Shown: positions 48,214 to 57,710, numbered from the stretch's first letter. The stretch is DNA of 61,107 nt from Candidatus Hydrogenedens sp. (GCA_049968235.1 JBMFRC010000018.1:1-61107); one strand, 5' to 3'. The notes: a model not told the origin generated them from the letters alone. Translations and numbers: made by a program.

Positions 48214-49716
48214 TTAATAAGAAGGTTGTTTCTTGTTTACTATAAATTTTTTGAGTAACGAACCAATAATCATTGCAGTACCAGAAGCCAGATAAGAGGC
48301 AATCCCTGATTTGTAGGGACCAACATGTTGTGCCCATTCAGCAGTTGCAGGAAGTTGTTGTAAAACCAGAAAGCCAATGGGGAAAAGGGCTCCTAAAATA
48401 ATAGCGCCCATAGCCCCCCAATTATTGGCATCTTTCCAGTAACAGCAGGCAATTAACAAAACAGACATACTGGATAAGTAAATAGTTCCCGTTACCCCCA
48501 GATAGTCCCATAAATTTCCTTTCAGAGGATACCATAATCCGTAAAATAGCAAGAACATTCCAATACATCCCACAATAAAACGATTTATGAGGACACCTTT
48601 CTTTTCTGACCACTGTTTCTTTCTACGGAAAGGAGCCAGAATATCGTTATAAATAACACCGCCCCATGTCAGCATATAAGCAGAATCCGTGGACATATCC
48701 GCAGCAAGCATTCCCGCTATCAAAATTCCCATCATACCTGTAGGTAAGAATATACTTAAAAACTTTGGCATGGCATAAAGCGTGTTTCCTCCAATTTGTT
48801 CAGGTGTTAAGGTGGCTAATGCTGCAATTCCCCATAATCCGGGGATAAGAAACCGTGCTGTAAAAAAGAAACTTGTATGCATGTAAATCTGTTTGCCCGT
48901 TTTGGTGCTTTTTGCCGAAAGAATCCGTTGAATAACTGCTTGCCATGTCAACACAACAGCAAACTGTAAACATAAATTAAACAATACAAATTCCCATCCG
49001 CGTTCCATTAAAAAAGGATTAAACCCTGCAGGTCCATGATGTTTTTGCACCGCTTCTATCAAAGGTGTCCAGCCAATTTTTGCAAAGATTAAGACCGTAA
49101 CCACCAGCATACTTAAACTCATGATGATAAATTGTAGAAAGTCAGTTACAAGCACAGAAAGCATTCCGCCGAGGACGGTATAGAGAGCAACAATGACGAG
49201 TAGAATTGTCATCATTATTTCAAGATGATATGATTGGGCAAAGGCTTGTGGGTCAAATCCAGCGGTAAGCAATAGGAATTCTCCGCCCGTTCGTAAAAAT
49301 ACACCCATATTCAATAATCCTCCGAGAACGATAACCACTCCTGCTAACCATCGGATTGTAGGACCGAATCGTTTTTCAAATAATTCTGGAATGGTCATTA
49401 CACCTGCGTCGCGTAAAGGCTTAATACAAAAACCTGTAAAACCAACGACAAGCATGGCTATTGTTTGTAGTATGCCCGGTGTGGCTCCTGCAAACCCCAT
49501 CTTAAAACCATTTTGGGCTGTGTACATGCAGGTAACAATTCCGAACTCCGTTGCTGCTAACGAAGCAATACCTAAATAAAGGTTCATTTCTCGCCCGGCT
49601 ACAAGATAATGTTCTACTTTCCCAACATATTTTCGAACAGCCAATCCTGCGATAATCGTTAATAGGAGATAAAGACCTACGATACCTGCATCAAGAAAGG
49701 TAAAATGACTGAGCAT
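48214..49716 (-). CDS. Sodium:solute symporter (SSS/SLC5) family transporter
   Basis: 13-14 TM segments, YLVAGR motif and conserved SSS core (GGMLSVLVTDFLQ). Confidence 0.85.
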   Translation of the reverse strand: MLSHFTFLDAGIVGLYLLLTIIAGLAVRKYVGKVEHYLVAGREMNLYLGIASLAATEFGIVTCMYTAQNGFKMGFAGATPGILQTIAMLVVGFTGFCIKPLRDAGVMTIPELFEKRFGPTIRWLAGVVIVLGGLLNMGVFLRTGGEFLLLTAGFDPQAFAQSYHLEIMMTILLVIVALYTVLGGMLSVLVTDFLQFIIMSLSMLVVTVLIFAKIGWTPLIEAVQKHHGPAGFNPFLMERGWEFVLFNLCLQFAVVLTWQAVIQRILSAKSTKTGKQIYMHTSFFFTARFLIPGLWGIAALATLTPEQIGGNTLYAMPKFLSIFLPTGMMGILIAGMLAADMSTDSAYMLTWGGVIYNDILAPFRRKKQWSEKKGVLINRFIVGCIGMFLLFYGLWYPLKGNLWDYLGVTGTIYLSSMSVLLIACCYWKDANNWGAMGAIILGALFPIGFLVLQQLPATAEWAQHVGPYKSGIASYLASGTAMIIGSLLKKFIVNKKQPSY

Positions 49717-49821
49717 AAAAATAACCCTTTATTGGTTAAAAAAGATTTACATTCCAAAAATAATAACAAAGAGAAAAGAAACTTACAAATCTTTAGAAAC
49801 AAAACTAATTTAAGTTAAATA

Positions 49822-50250
49822 TTAAGTACTAATGGACTGATTGGTATTCTTTAAACGGTTACAAAGAATATGGATAATGTTTAACAGTAAACGAACAGCT
49901 GTTTTTTTCGTTAATAATCTTTCAAAACTTGTCTCACTGAATACTAACAAGGAACTATCCATAATCGCTTTTGCCGTCGCAGACCGAGGTTGCTTTGTTA
50001 ATAAAGCCATCTCTCCAAAAATTTCTCCTTCTCCTAACTGAACAATTTCCTTCTCCCCCTGATATATCCCGATACTTCCTTGAATGATGAGATATACCTG
50101 GCTCCCGATGCTTCCCTGATAGAAAATCACCTCATCTTTTTGAAAATGGACAACCAGCCCCTGCTTCATGAGTTTATGAACTTCTTCAGGATGCAATCCC
50201 TGAAAAAGATGAGGACTAACTATTTGCTCTTCAATCTTTTTTTTATCCAT
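49822..50250 (-). CDS. Stand-alone cyclic-nucleotide-binding (CAP effector) domain protein
   Basis: GEGEIFGEMALL…RSATAKA phosphate-binding cassette; no HTH follows. Confidence 0.8.
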   Translation of the reverse strand: MDKKKIEEQIVSPHLFQGLHPEEVHKLMKQGLVVHFQKDEVIFYQGSIGSQVYLIIQGSIGIYQGEKEIVQLGEGEIFGEMALLTKQPRSATAKAIMDSSLLVFSETSFERLLTKKTAVRLLLNIIHILCNRLKNTNQSIST

Positions 50251-50273
50251 GAAAAATTGTAAGGTTTATTTAT

Positions 50274-51131
50274 TTAAATCCAATAGACGAACCGTCTGCA
50301 TGTAGGGCATGTATATAAATTGTCGGTTTCCTGTCGAACACGTTGAACAAAATCTGTATGCAGAGCCATATAACACCCGTGGCAACGGTCTCCCTCAATG
50401 GGAACAACTGCAGGGGGTTTTTTCATTTTCAACTTATCATAATGTTGTAGGGTTTTCTCTGAAATCAATGAACGAAGATTATCAATTTTCATCTGTATCT
50501 GTTTTTTACCCCGTGCATTATTTTTTAACTCTTCTTCGTGTAGTTGTAAACGGATGAGTAAATGAATTTCCGGAAAGGGTGAAGATATTGTTACAGGTTT
50601 TTCTTCATTAACAGAGATTTTCTTTTTAGGATGGATTAATTTAGAAGGCTCATCCGATTTAGTAAGAAGTTCCAATAATTTATCATAGATGGCTTTGGCT
50701 GTAGTCAGTTTCATGACTGCCTGAATATTTTCTTTTTTATGAAACACAGTAGAAATACTTGAGGCTAAACTTAAGTAAATAGAATTTTGTGTCGGCGGAT
50801 AACAAATCATAATGGCAAAGAAAACAGGTTTGCGGTCCTGAGCCACAAAATCAATTCCATCAGGAATACGAGCCACCGCTGTCATTACTTTGTTTAAATC
50901 ACGAACACTTGCATGGGGTAAAGCCAGACCATTACCGAGCCCGGTACTGTCAACCGATTCTCTTTCAATTATTGCAGATAGAATATTTACTCCTTCGGGT
51001 ATTTTATTTTCCTTTTCAATAGCATCAACTAATGAAGCGATAACTTCTTGTTTCGATTTAGGTTCAAGTGATGGGATAATTGTTTTAATGTTAAAATATT
51101 TGTCAAATTCCATATATTGTCCCTTTTTCAT
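50274..51131 (-). CDS. PTS EIIA type-2 (PtsN/EIIA-Ntr-like) domain fused to a coiled-coil and C-terminal C4 zinc ribbon (zf-RING_7/DUF164-like)
   Basis: N-terminal 150 aa with LGNGLALPHA active-site His. C-terminal CHGCYMALHTDFVQRVRQETDNLYTCPTCRRFVY matches the CxxC…CxxCgR-ILY zinc-ribbon pattern. Confidence 0.6.
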   Translation of the reverse strand: MKKGQYMEFDKYFNIKTIIPSLEPKSKQEVIASLVDAIEKENKIPEGVNILSAIIERESVDSTGLGNGLALPHASVRDLNKVMTAVARIPDGIDFVAQDRKPVFFAIMICYPPTQNSIYLSLASSISTVFHKKENIQAVMKLTTAKAIYDKLLELLTKSDEPSKLIHPKKKISVNEEKPVTISSPFPEIHLLIRLQLHEEELKNNARGKKQIQMKIDNLRSLISEKTLQHYDKLKMKKPPAVVPIEGDRCHGCYMALHTDFVQRVRQETDNLYTCPTCRRFVYWI

Positions 51132-51283
51132 AGGTTTATCTTTATCATAGATTTGTATAAATAACTATTAATATTATTATATTTTATATCAACCTATTTC
51201 CAATTGAAAGATTCTCTCCGGAATGATTCAAAAAATATACAAATAGAATAGGAATATCTCTCTCCTAAGAAATCTAATTTCTT

Positions 51284-51484
51284 TTAGACTTCGCTTTCCT
51301 GATAAAGAATAGTAACAACAATAATCGTTTCCTGGTCTCTACCATCATGTCTTATAGTAGAGCAGGGGCATTGTGTAATTTGCAGGATTTTAGGACGGGT
51401 TCGTTTTATCCAGTCATTAATTAGACTATCCATTTGGTGAAGACCTTCCACGCTCGCTTTTCCAATAAAACTCTGCACCCTCAT
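51284..51484 (-). CDS. Small hypothetical protein (66 aa), possibly Cse60/DUF2758-like
   Basis: Pattern V..F……E.L…..LIN.W…..KILQITQ…….ETIIVVTILYQE loosely matches the Cse60 small-protein pattern (from memory). Confidence 0.25.
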   Translation of the reverse strand: MRVQSFIGKASVEGLHQMDSLINDWIKRTRPKILQITQCPCSTIRHDGRDQETIIVVTILYQESEV

Positions 51485-51531
51485 AATTTATTCTCCTTTC
51501 CTATTTCTATAACTATACACTATCCTGAAAC

Positions 51532-52407
51532 CTATTTCAATACTTTTTCTACAGTTTCTTTCATAATATCTAAAGGTGCGGAGCATCCTGTCCATAATTC
51601 AAATTGTAGTACAGCCTGTTCCAGAAGCATTTCTAACCCTGTAATTATTTTACAACCTTTACTTTGGGCTTTCAGTAAGAGTTCTGTATATAAAGGACGA
51701 TATATCATGTCCAGGACTATGTGTTGGGGCGTTAATAAATCATAGGGGAAATGTAGATTTTCCTCGGAATGTCCCGTCATTCCAGCAGGTGTTCCCTGAA
51801 TAATAATTTCATGAGAACTTACATACCGGTCAAAATTCTCCTGTAAATAACCCTGTTGAAATTGAATATGAGGATAAACCGCTTTTAAATCGTTTATTAA
51901 TCGTTCCAGACGAGACGGAGTTCTTCCCAGAATAGTTATTTGTTGAGGATGGACTCTTTCTGCAAATGTGAAAGCGACTGCTCGAACAGCCCCACCTGCT
52001 CCTAAAAATAGGATTTTTTTGTTGGTTAAATCAACTCCGGCACGGTTAAAAGCATTTAACGTGCCAGTTCCATCTGTAATAGTTCCAATAAGTTTATCTC
52101 CTTCATGCGTGATTGTATTAACACTCCCAATTCTTTGAGCCACGTAGTCAATATCATCAAGAAAAGGGATAACTGCTTCTTTATGGGGAATAGTAACACT
52201 AATCCCGCGGAAATTATCCATAGCACGCATGCCCCGCAAACAAGATTCCACATCAGTAATATCAAAAGCAAGATAAACATAATTTAACCCCAAATACTGA
52301 AAACCTGCATTATGAATGGCAGGAGATAAAGAATGCCGGACAGGATGCCCTATCACAGCACACAATTTTGTATTCACATCAATATGTATCATATTCTCTT
52401 CAATCAT
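51532..52407 (-). CDS. aroE: Shikimate dehydrogenase
   Basis: SLSPAIHNAGFQYLGLNYVY and NADP-binding GAGGAVRAV. Confidence 0.85.
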   Translation of the reverse strand: MIEENMIHIDVNTKLCAVIGHPVRHSLSPAIHNAGFQYLGLNYVYLAFDITDVESCLRGMRAMDNFRGISVTIPHKEAVIPFLDDIDYVAQRIGSVNTITHEGDKLIGTITDGTGTLNAFNRAGVDLTNKKILFLGAGGAVRAVAFTFAERVHPQQITILGRTPSRLERLINDLKAVYPHIQFQQGYLQENFDRYVSSHEIIIQGTPAGMTGHSEENLHFPYDLLTPQHIVLDMIYRPLYTELLLKAQSKGCKIITGLEMLLEQAVLQFELWTGCSAPLDIMKETVEKVLK

Positions 52408-52409
52408 AC

Positions 52410-52763
52410 TTATCCTGGAGGCCAGCCCAGTTCCCTACCGCCTAATATATGTAAATGAATATGAAAAATAAGTTGTCCCCCTTGTGCATTACAACTCAAC
52501 ACATAACGGAAACCCGGCTCTGCAATTCCTTCGCGGCGAGCAATCTCATTAGCACGAAGAAGCATCTTTCCTAAAAGTGTGGTATCTTCTTCACTCGCGT
52601 CTGTAATTCGGGCAATATGTTTGCGGGGGATAAGTAATACATGTACGGGTGCTGCAGGATGTATATCGCGGAAAGCATAAAATTCATCATCCGAATACAC
52701 CTCTGTAGAAGGAATTTCCTTCCTTGCAATTTTGCAAAAAAGACAATCTTCGTTCATGAACAT
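52410..52763 (-). CDS. HIT-family (histidine triad) nucleotide hydrolase
   Basis: HIHLHILGG histidine-triad motif. Confidence 0.85.
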   Translation of the reverse strand: MFMNEDCLFCKIARKEIPSTEVYSDDEFYAFRDIHPAAPVHVLLIPRKHIARITDASEEDTTLLGKMLLRANEIARREGIAEPGFRYVLSCNAQGGQLIFHIHLHILGGRELGWPPG

Positions 52764-52811
52764 TTCTCCATCTTTTGTTAAAGTTCTTTTTTATTTTGCT
52801 AAAAAATTATG

Positions 52812-53558
52812 CTATGGGTCAAATAAGAAATCCTTTTGAGGGAATTTTTCAAATCGTTGTTGCCGTTGCATGATAAGACACGAACCTAATAAAGCAGATA
52901 ATTCACTACGGAAAATATACGGACCAAAATGTATTGCAAGTGCACCCTGTTCTCTTGCCATTGTAATTTCCGCCTCTGACAAATCACCTTCAGGACCAAT
53001 AATCAATCCGCAGTTTGACACAATATTAATCTGTTCGATAGAAATCGAAGAAGATTGTATCACAGCCATTAAAAGTGTACCCTGAAAATCCTTTATGGCT
53101 GTTTCTAAGTTTTTATATATACTTAAAGCAGGAAACCATTCCCTTCCTGTGGTTTTACATGCTTGTATTATCCACTTTTTCCCCTTTTCCAATGAACGAA
53201 GTGGACGCGTAGAATGTTCCGCCTGGAAAAATCGAAACTCTGAAATACCTAATTCGGTCCCATAATTAATGATGGTCTCTATTGCATTATCACGGTGAAG
53301 ATAGCCCACAATAAGAGAAAGTTTTTTTTCTTCAGGAGGGGTATATTTATACTTCTTTATCCTGGCTATAAGTTTATCTTTAAAAATATTAACTACTTCA
53401 CCGAGCCACTTTCCCCCCATGCCATCAATAAATGCAATAGGCTCACCGATTTTTATCCTGACAACACGAATAGCATGATGGGCTTCTTCTCCTTGTAATA
53501 TTACTTCGCCTTCTTGAGGTGTCGTTGAAGGAACAACAAAGTAGAACAAATGAGGCAT
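52812..53558 (-). CDS. rsmE: 16S rRNA (uracil1498-N3)-methyltransferase RsmE family
   Basis: N-terminal PUA-like region plus the SPOUT C-terminal IGPEGDLSEAE motif. Confidence 0.75.
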   Translation of the reverse strand: MPHLFYFVVPSTTPQEGEVILQGEEAHHAIRVVRIKIGEPIAFIDGMGGKWLGEVVNIFKDKLIARIKKYKYTPPEEKKLSLIVGYLHRDNAIETIINYGTELGISEFRFFQAEHSTRPLRSLEKGKKWIIQACKTTGREWFPALSIYKNLETAIKDFQGTLLMAVIQSSSISIEQINIVSNCGLIIGPEGDLSEAEITMAREQGALAIHFGPYIFRSELSALLGSCLIMQRQQRFEKFPQKDFLFDP

Positions 53559-53650
53559 ATATATAAATCCTTCCTATATATTGTTAATTTTTCATATTTT
53601 AAGAGTGTATGTTAAAATGTTGCTGAACTCAAAGTTGGGGAGTAATTATT

Positions 53651-54781
53651 ATGAGTAAAGATATGAGAAAAAATGACCTGAAATCAATGTATCGAACCAA
53701 AGTAGAAGGTTCCTTCCCGGAATCCATAGATATTATGGGAAAACAATGGGTCAAAGTAGAAGACCTGCGTTATGGAACCAATCCACATCAACCATCTGCT
53801 TTTTATCGTCCTGTTCAAGGAGATAAAGTATTTTTAGGAGCCTATCGAATATTAAAAACAGGGAAAAGCGGATTATCGCAGACTAATTTAGAAGATCTCC
53901 ATCATGCTTTTGGTATTCTAAAATTCTTAAATAAGCCGGCTTGTGCGGTGATGAAACACTGTAATCCCTCTGGTGTCGCTATACAACAAGAAGGGCAAAC
54001 ACTGGCAGATGTATACCGTCGTGCCCGCGATGCAGACCCTCAGGCAGCATTTGGAGGAGTTGTTGCTTTTAATACAGAAGTAGATGAAGCAACAGCAGAT
54101 GAAATTATGCAAACAGTTATTGAAGGGGTTTCTGCTCCCTGTTTTACAGATGAAGCGTTATCTGTTTTTAATAATTTTGAAAAATATAAGCGAAACAAAG
54201 AGATACGGATAATACAGGTTCCTCCTCTGGACCGTTTGCCTAAATATGTAGGTGATAATGTTTATACATGGGAAATGAAGGTATTTGATGATGGTAGTAT
54301 TGTTTTAGCACAACCCTACCTGACGAAGATAAAAAGTTCTGCAGACTTCATAATAGCCAGCACAGAACATCCTAAAAAAGGGAAAATTGAAAGCACAGTT
54401 AAACCCTCCCCGAGAGAATTAGAGGACCTTTTATTTGCCTGGTATGTGAACATTCATGTTCGTTCCAATGGTGTTGTAATCGTGAAAAATGGGCAAACAC
54501 TTGCAGTTGGCACAGGACAGCAGGACCGTGTCGGTGCCGTTGAACAAGCAATTGAAAAGGTTCAAAAGAAATATAAAGGGAATGAAACATTCGAAGGAGC
54601 GGTTCTCGCCTCAGATGGTTTTTTCCCATTTCCAGACGCCGTTGAAACCGCTATTCGCGTAGGTATAACTGCATTTCTTCAACCCGGAGGCAGTGTAAGT
54701 GATTATGATGTAATCGAAACTGCAAATAAAGCCGGAGTAGCGATGTTATTCACGGGTGAACGCTGTTTCTCCCATCACTAA
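53651..54781 (+). CDS. Stand-alone AICAR formyltransferase domain protein (PurH-like, lacking the MGS/IMP-cyclohydrolase domain)
   Basis: LRYGTNPHQ signature of the PurH AICARFT domain; 376 aa, with no N-terminal MGS-like domain. Confidence 0.65.
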   Translation: MSKDMRKNDLKSMYRTKVEGSFPESIDIMGKQWVKVEDLRYGTNPHQPSAFYRPVQGDKVFLGAYRILKTGKSGLSQTNLEDLHHAFGILKFLNKPACAVMKHCNPSGVAIQQEGQTLADVYRRARDADPQAAFGGVVAFNTEVDEATADEIMQTVIEGVSAPCFTDEALSVFNNFEKYKRNKEIRIIQVPPLDRLPKYVGDNVYTWEMKVFDDGSIVLAQPYLTKIKSSADFIIASTEHPKKGKIESTVKPSPRELEDLLFAWYVNIHVRSNGVVIVKNGQTLAVGTGQQDRVGAVEQAIEKVQKKYKGNETFEGAVLASDGFFPFPDAVETAIRVGITAFLQPGGSVSDYDVIETANKAGVAMLFTGERCFSHH

Positions 54782-54785
54782 GTTT

Positions 54786-55901
54786 TTATAAATCACCTAA
54801 TAATCGCACATATTTGAAATCATCAACATTAATATGACCCCAGGCGTCCATACTGTCATCAATTATCTCAATTTCGGCATCTTTTCCCTTGAACTCAGTA
54901 ACATCCCAAAACACAGGTCGCATATCTTCACGGTTCTCGGTATTTTTCACAGACCTTACTACTTTCCCGTCCACATGAAGACGAACATCTAATCCAGAAA
55001 CTTTGCCTCCACCTAAAAGAAACCGAATAGCATAACCGCGTATCTTAAAAGGTTCAGAACGCAAAGAACCAAAAGCCACATCTTTCCTTACCATTCCGGG
55101 TTCTTCGTTCGGTTTTCCTTGATATAATTCATAGGTTCCTATCCAATATTTTCCCTGATGATTGGAGTGTTTCCCTGCTTCTCGTGCAGAAGGATTGTCT
55201 CCTAATGTGGGTTGTCTTTCAAAAGCGGAACCTTGTGCTTTCCAGTGTTCAAGATTGCCCATTTCAAAATCGCTGTTAGGAAATAGTAACATATTGTCCG
55301 GTACCAAATATCCGCGAAAATCATCTACATTAATACACCCCCATGCTCCTTTATCATTGTCTATAATTGAGATTATTGCAGGTTGGTTAAGAAACTCTTT
55401 TACATCCCAAAATTCCCTGCTCAAAAGGGGATGATTCTGTCCGTATGTCTCTCGAACCACCTGCCCATTTACGATAAGGCGAACTGCTGTAGTTTTTTTT
55501 GCCCCACCACTTATAAGAAATCCAATATATGGAGTTCCAATAGTAAATGTTCGGGAGATTAACTCTCCAACTGCATCATTCTTCTGGACATCACCGACTT
55601 TTTGTCCTGGCAGTCCTTGATAATTTTCGTAAGAACCTACCCACCAGAAACCTTGTGGAAGAGCACATTTAGGAGATTCTCGAGCAAGAACATTATCTCC
55701 ATAGGTGGGTTGATTTAAAAATGCCTTTCCAAAAGCGCGCCAATTATCCAGATTTCCATGTTCAAAATCGCTATTCGGGAAAAGAAGTTTTGCTTTTTTA
55801 GAAAATTTTGGGATAGCGGAGGGCTGAGAATAAGTATAAAAGGAAGAGAACAAAAAGATAACTAATAGAAAAGCATACATCGGAAATTTTATATTTTTCA
55901 T
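54786..55901 (-). CDS. Secreted protein made of two tandem ~160-aa homologous modules (jelly-roll/carbohydrate-binding-like?)
   Basis: Signal peptide. LLFPNSDFEHGNLDNWRAFGKAF…QPTYGDN…INVDDF is repeated as LLFPNSDFEMGNLEHWKAQGSAF…QPTLGDN…INVDDF. Confidence 0.45.
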   Translation of the reverse strand: MKNIKFPMYAFLLVIFLFSSFYTYSQPSAIPKFSKKAKLLFPNSDFEHGNLDNWRAFGKAFLNQPTYGDNVLARESPKCALPQGFWWVGSYENYQGLPGQKVGDVQKNDAVGELISRTFTIGTPYIGFLISGGAKKTTAVRLIVNGQVVRETYGQNHPLLSREFWDVKEFLNQPAIISIIDNDKGAWGCINVDDFRGYLVPDNMLLFPNSDFEMGNLEHWKAQGSAFERQPTLGDNPSAREAGKHSNHQGKYWIGTYELYQGKPNEEPGMVRKDVAFGSLRSEPFKIRGYAIRFLLGGGKVSGLDVRLHVDGKVVRSVKNTENREDMRPVFWDVTEFKGKDAEIEIIDDSMDAWGHINVDDFKYVRLLGDL

Positions 55902-56217
55902 ATATAATTACCTTATTAATTAGTTTTTATTATAAACAATTTTATACTAAAAACTTTATCTTCAAAACAAAAATATTAATTCTCCTTATCCTCTTACTAT
56001 GCAGTGAATTAGAGAATTAATAAATGAAAACTTACAATATATGAAATATTTATACGAATTAAATGTATTTAGTTATTAGAATAAACAATATAAAGATAAA
56101 AATAGAGAACGACGATATATAAGGATTAAGTCTATTTTAAAATTTATAAAAGAAATATGTATACTATAAAAATCTGCCTTACAATAAAGATTAAACTTTG
56201 ATTAAGGGTAGAAAGGG

Positions 56218-57066
56218 TTGGAAGACAAGGATATCATAAAAAATCCTTTAATAGAAAAAGGGTTATATACATATATTGCGGAAATTTCAAAAATTCCTCT
56301 TCTAAGCGCAGAAGAAGAGAGACGATTGGCTTTCTGTATTCAAAAGGGGGATGGAAAAGCACGACGCAAACTTATTTTATCCAATCTTCGTTTAGTTGTC
56401 AGTATTGCAAAGAAATATATTTATTATGGTGTGTCCTTTTTAGACTTGATAGAAGAAGGGAATATCGGACTGATGAAAGCCGTTGAGAATTTCGACCCAC
56501 GACGCGGAACAAAATTCTCAACATATGCTACATGGTGGATCCGTCAGGCAATCACAAGAGCACTTTCCAATCAAAGTCGAACAGTTCGTGTCCCGGTTTA
56601 TTTAAATGAAAGTTTAGCGAGATACCGAAAAGCATTGGAAGAACATTATATAAAAACAGGTTCATACCCAACTGTTCAAGAAATATCAAAACTCTTAAAA
56701 ATAACTCTTGATGAAGCGGAACAACTTCAGGTTTATCTCGATTCTGTGATGTCCTTTGATTTCGTTCAAACAATTGATGTTAGTGAAGAATCATCATCAA
56801 TTATCCGGTCTAACGCCGCATTAAGGACAGATAGTTTCGTCCAGGATGTAGAAAAAGAACATGACCTTGAATTTCTTATCAGTCTTTTACCTGAAACCGA
56901 AGCAAAGGTTATTCGTTACCGTTATGGACTCGTTGATGGGAGACCTTATACATTGGCAGAAACAGGCAAAGTATTAAATATGACGCGTGAACGGGTTCGA
57001 CAACTTGAACGATTGGCTTTGCGATTTTTGCGTCAATATGTTGAAGAACATAAAGAACTTTTTTAA
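56218..57066 (+). CDS. Sigma-70 family RNA polymerase sigma factor (regions 2-4 only)
   Basis: Region 2 ([16 protein letters not shown]; [17 protein letters not shown]) and region 4 HTH ([23 protein letters not shown]). TTG start after a ~315-bp AT-rich leader. Confidence 0.8.
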   Translation: MEDKDIIKNPLIEKGLYTYIAEISKIPLLSAEEERRLAFCIQKGDGKARRKLILSNLRLVVSIAKKYIYYGVSFLDLIEEGNIGLMKAVENFDPRRGTKFSTYATWWIRQAITRALSNQSRTVRVPVYLNESLARYRKALEEHYIKTGSYPTVQEISKLLKITLDEAEQLQVYLDSVMSFDFVQTIDVSEESSSIIRSNAALRTDSFVQDVEKEHDLEFLISLLPETEAKVIRYRYGLVDGRPYTLAETGKVLNMTRERVRQLERLALRFLRQYVEEHKELF

Positions 57067-57091
57067 CAGGAACATTAAAGGAAAGAAGATT

Positions 57092-57613
57092 ATGGATTTA
57101 AGGAATATTATAAGAAATGTCCCCGATTTTCCTAAGCCGGGAATTCAATTTAAGGATATTACCACACTTCTACTTAACCCCCAGGCATTCCAATACACAA
57201 TCCATTGCTTTGTTGAGCGTTATAAACCTTTGAATATAGATGCTGTTGTTGCCGTAGAATCCAGAGGATTTATCTTCGGTTCTGTGATTGCATACAATCT
57301 AAAATGTCCTTTAGTTTTAACTCGAAAAAAAGGCAAACTTCCTGCGGAAAAGATTAGTGAAAGTTTTGCACTGGAATATGGTTGGGACACCATCGAGATG
57401 CATATAGATGCCCTCAAAGAAGGACAGAAAGTAGTGATTATTGATGATTTACTTGCAACGGGAGGAACGGTATCAGCGGTAGTAAAATTAGTAGAACAAT
57501 TAAAGGCAATTCCTATAGAAGCCGGTTTTGTCATTGAACTACCAGCACTCAAAGGACGAAAAATACTCCAGCCCCTATCCGTTTTTTCTTTAATCCAATT
57601 CGAAGACATTTAA
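57092..57613 (+). CDS. apt: Adenine phosphoribosyltransferase
   Basis: MDLRNIIRNVPDFPKPGIQFKDIT and PRPP motif VVIIDDLLATGGT. Start moved to the internal ATG, which has an AAAGGAAAG Shine-Dalgarno. Confidence 0.9.
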   Translation: MDLRNIIRNVPDFPKPGIQFKDITTLLLNPQAFQYTIHCFVERYKPLNIDAVVAVESRGFIFGSVIAYNLKCPLVLTRKKGKLPAEKISESFALEYGWDTIEMHIDALKEGQKVVIIDDLLATGGTVSAVVKLVEQLKAIPIEAGFVIELPALKGRKILQPLSVFSLIQFEDI

Positions 57614-57710
57614 TTGTGAACACACATCTTTAAATCACAACAAAGACCATATAATTCATTGTAAATATCAAGGGTATCTTAATATTTTAAAAAATACTAC
57701 GATAACTTGT

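Noticed and set aside
48074-48337. 87-aa minus-strand ORF from the track overlapping the SSS transporter's 3' end
   Set aside because: It is in a different frame from the transporter and has no ribosome-binding site. The 49-aa ORF (48049-48198), in the transporter's frame and with its own AAAGGA, explains the region better
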